Both the position numbers and the translations under genes were made by a program. DNA of 64,000 nucleotides, taken from assembly GCA_964036045.1 (NCBI GenBank), contig OZ038378.1, positions 193,812,001 to 193,876,000 of the forward strand, read 5' to 3'. Each line of letters starts with the position of its first letter. Within the stretch, counting starts at the first letter, position 1. The notes beneath the pieces are model-generated. The model had not been told where the DNA came from and made no database searches. It saw only the letters and a list, made by a program, of their open reading frames with translations. Shown here in pieces: positions 63,101 to 64,000 of this stretch. The stretch comes from Eutreptiella sp. 'Long Island Sound 2002' (Eukaryota > Protista > Euglenida).

Positions 63101-63300
63101 TATGGCACTTTTGCTCGTGCGTTTGGTGTGAATCCTCAAGATAGAGCGAAAGGGGTCTCGGTTACGGATCACACGGAAACACTTACCGGACAAGCTGGCA
63201 ACGGATACGGAGATGATGAAGCACAATTGAACACCGATAAAACCAGCAAAGTGGTCTAAGACATTTGAATTTTGTGAAGGAAAGGATTTTGACAAAGGAA
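57130..63300 (+). mobile_element. Degraded DNA-transposon-like region, possibly MULE/SWIM, interrupted by smaller repeats
   Basis: AT-richer pseudo-coding blocks with many stops: CNHYGHSGHD (~57150), INTVWPHLWC (~57710), WPGIGNFCH (~58800), LRGFHSSL (~59100), SWIM-like decayed segment (~61640-61770). Similarities are weak and judged by eye. Confidence 0.3.
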
Positions 63301-64000
63301 AAAGTGAAAAAGCCAAAAAAAGTCGTTGGCACAGTTACCTATGGCTTGTGCGGGTTGACTAGAGTTGCTAACTTGGGCCCCACCCCTAGCCGCCCCCCCT
63401 CGGCCGCCTTATGTGTCCGCAACAACTTCTTTTTGTTTTGAAAAGCAGTAAAATGGTTGGTCAAATGGCCATAGCAGCCTCACCTATGGCTCTAGCAATG
63501 TCCCAAATGTCCCTCCTAACAAGAAAACACGTCAAAGGCAAGGAAATGACACAGAAGTGAGGCACATCCTTCATTTGAAAGACCACCAAGGCCAAACATG
63601 CCGTGTGAAATTGAAATGTTGTGGTGTTAAAAAACCACCATTTGGGGGATCTAGTGTCTTCTCTTAAATCTTCTTCTTCAATAACCTTGTGTTGCTTTTT
63701 CTCCTCCTTTTCCTATTGTTTTTTTTCCAGATCAAGTGAGTAGTGGAGAAGCCATTGCTTGTCACTAGTGCACCCAACCTCAATGCATTTGACGACAACT
63801 CCTTCCCATGCCCAACGCCTTAGCAACCCTTATCTCACTCCTTTTCCAAAAAGCGTACTTAGCACACCCTTTTCCATATTGATAGCATCCTTGTTCAAAG
63901 GATAACCCAAAAGACTTGGCTCTGTTGGGGATCCAATGGGGTCCTATACCACTTTCTTTGGTGTTCCCCATGCCATGACATATTTTTCACGCCTTTTGTA

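Noticed and set aside
1-64000. rRNA, tRNA, 5S or spliced-leader RNA genes
   Set aside because: No recognisable conserved motifs or cloverleaf were found by eye. A covariance-model search would be needed to exclude divergent ones.

Overview
Eukaryotic, intron-rich and repeat-rich DNA. The plastid-targeted ELIP with a polyprotein-type linker and the repeat content fit a photosynthetic euglenid (Eutreptiella/Euglena-like), but the organism is inferred, not proven. Three minus-strand genes could be assembled by hand with GT-AG introns and consistent phases. (A) A small armadillo-repeat protein: exons 7528/7481-7197 and 3992-3736, with a possible last exon at 366-291. (B) An 11-exon, ~908-aa Pro/Gln/Ala-rich coiled-coil protein (36835-19566) that carries two mutually compensating 1-bp frameshifts. 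(C) An ELIP/CBR-type LHC-like protein (exons 48354-48129, 45592-45363, 43835-43527), preceded by a degenerate partial copy of itself and a linker-like motif. Introns and intergenic DNA contain several hAT-type MITE families (CAGG-starting TIRs, 8-bp TSDs), a decayed APE-type non-LTR retrotransposon (~50.9-55.8 kb) with an internal inversion of its RT core, older LINE and possible MULE relics, a TSD-flanked retroposed insert, a 34-bp higher-order minisatellite, and microsatellites. No rRNA, tRNA, CRISPR array or non-canonical euglenid intron could be supported.
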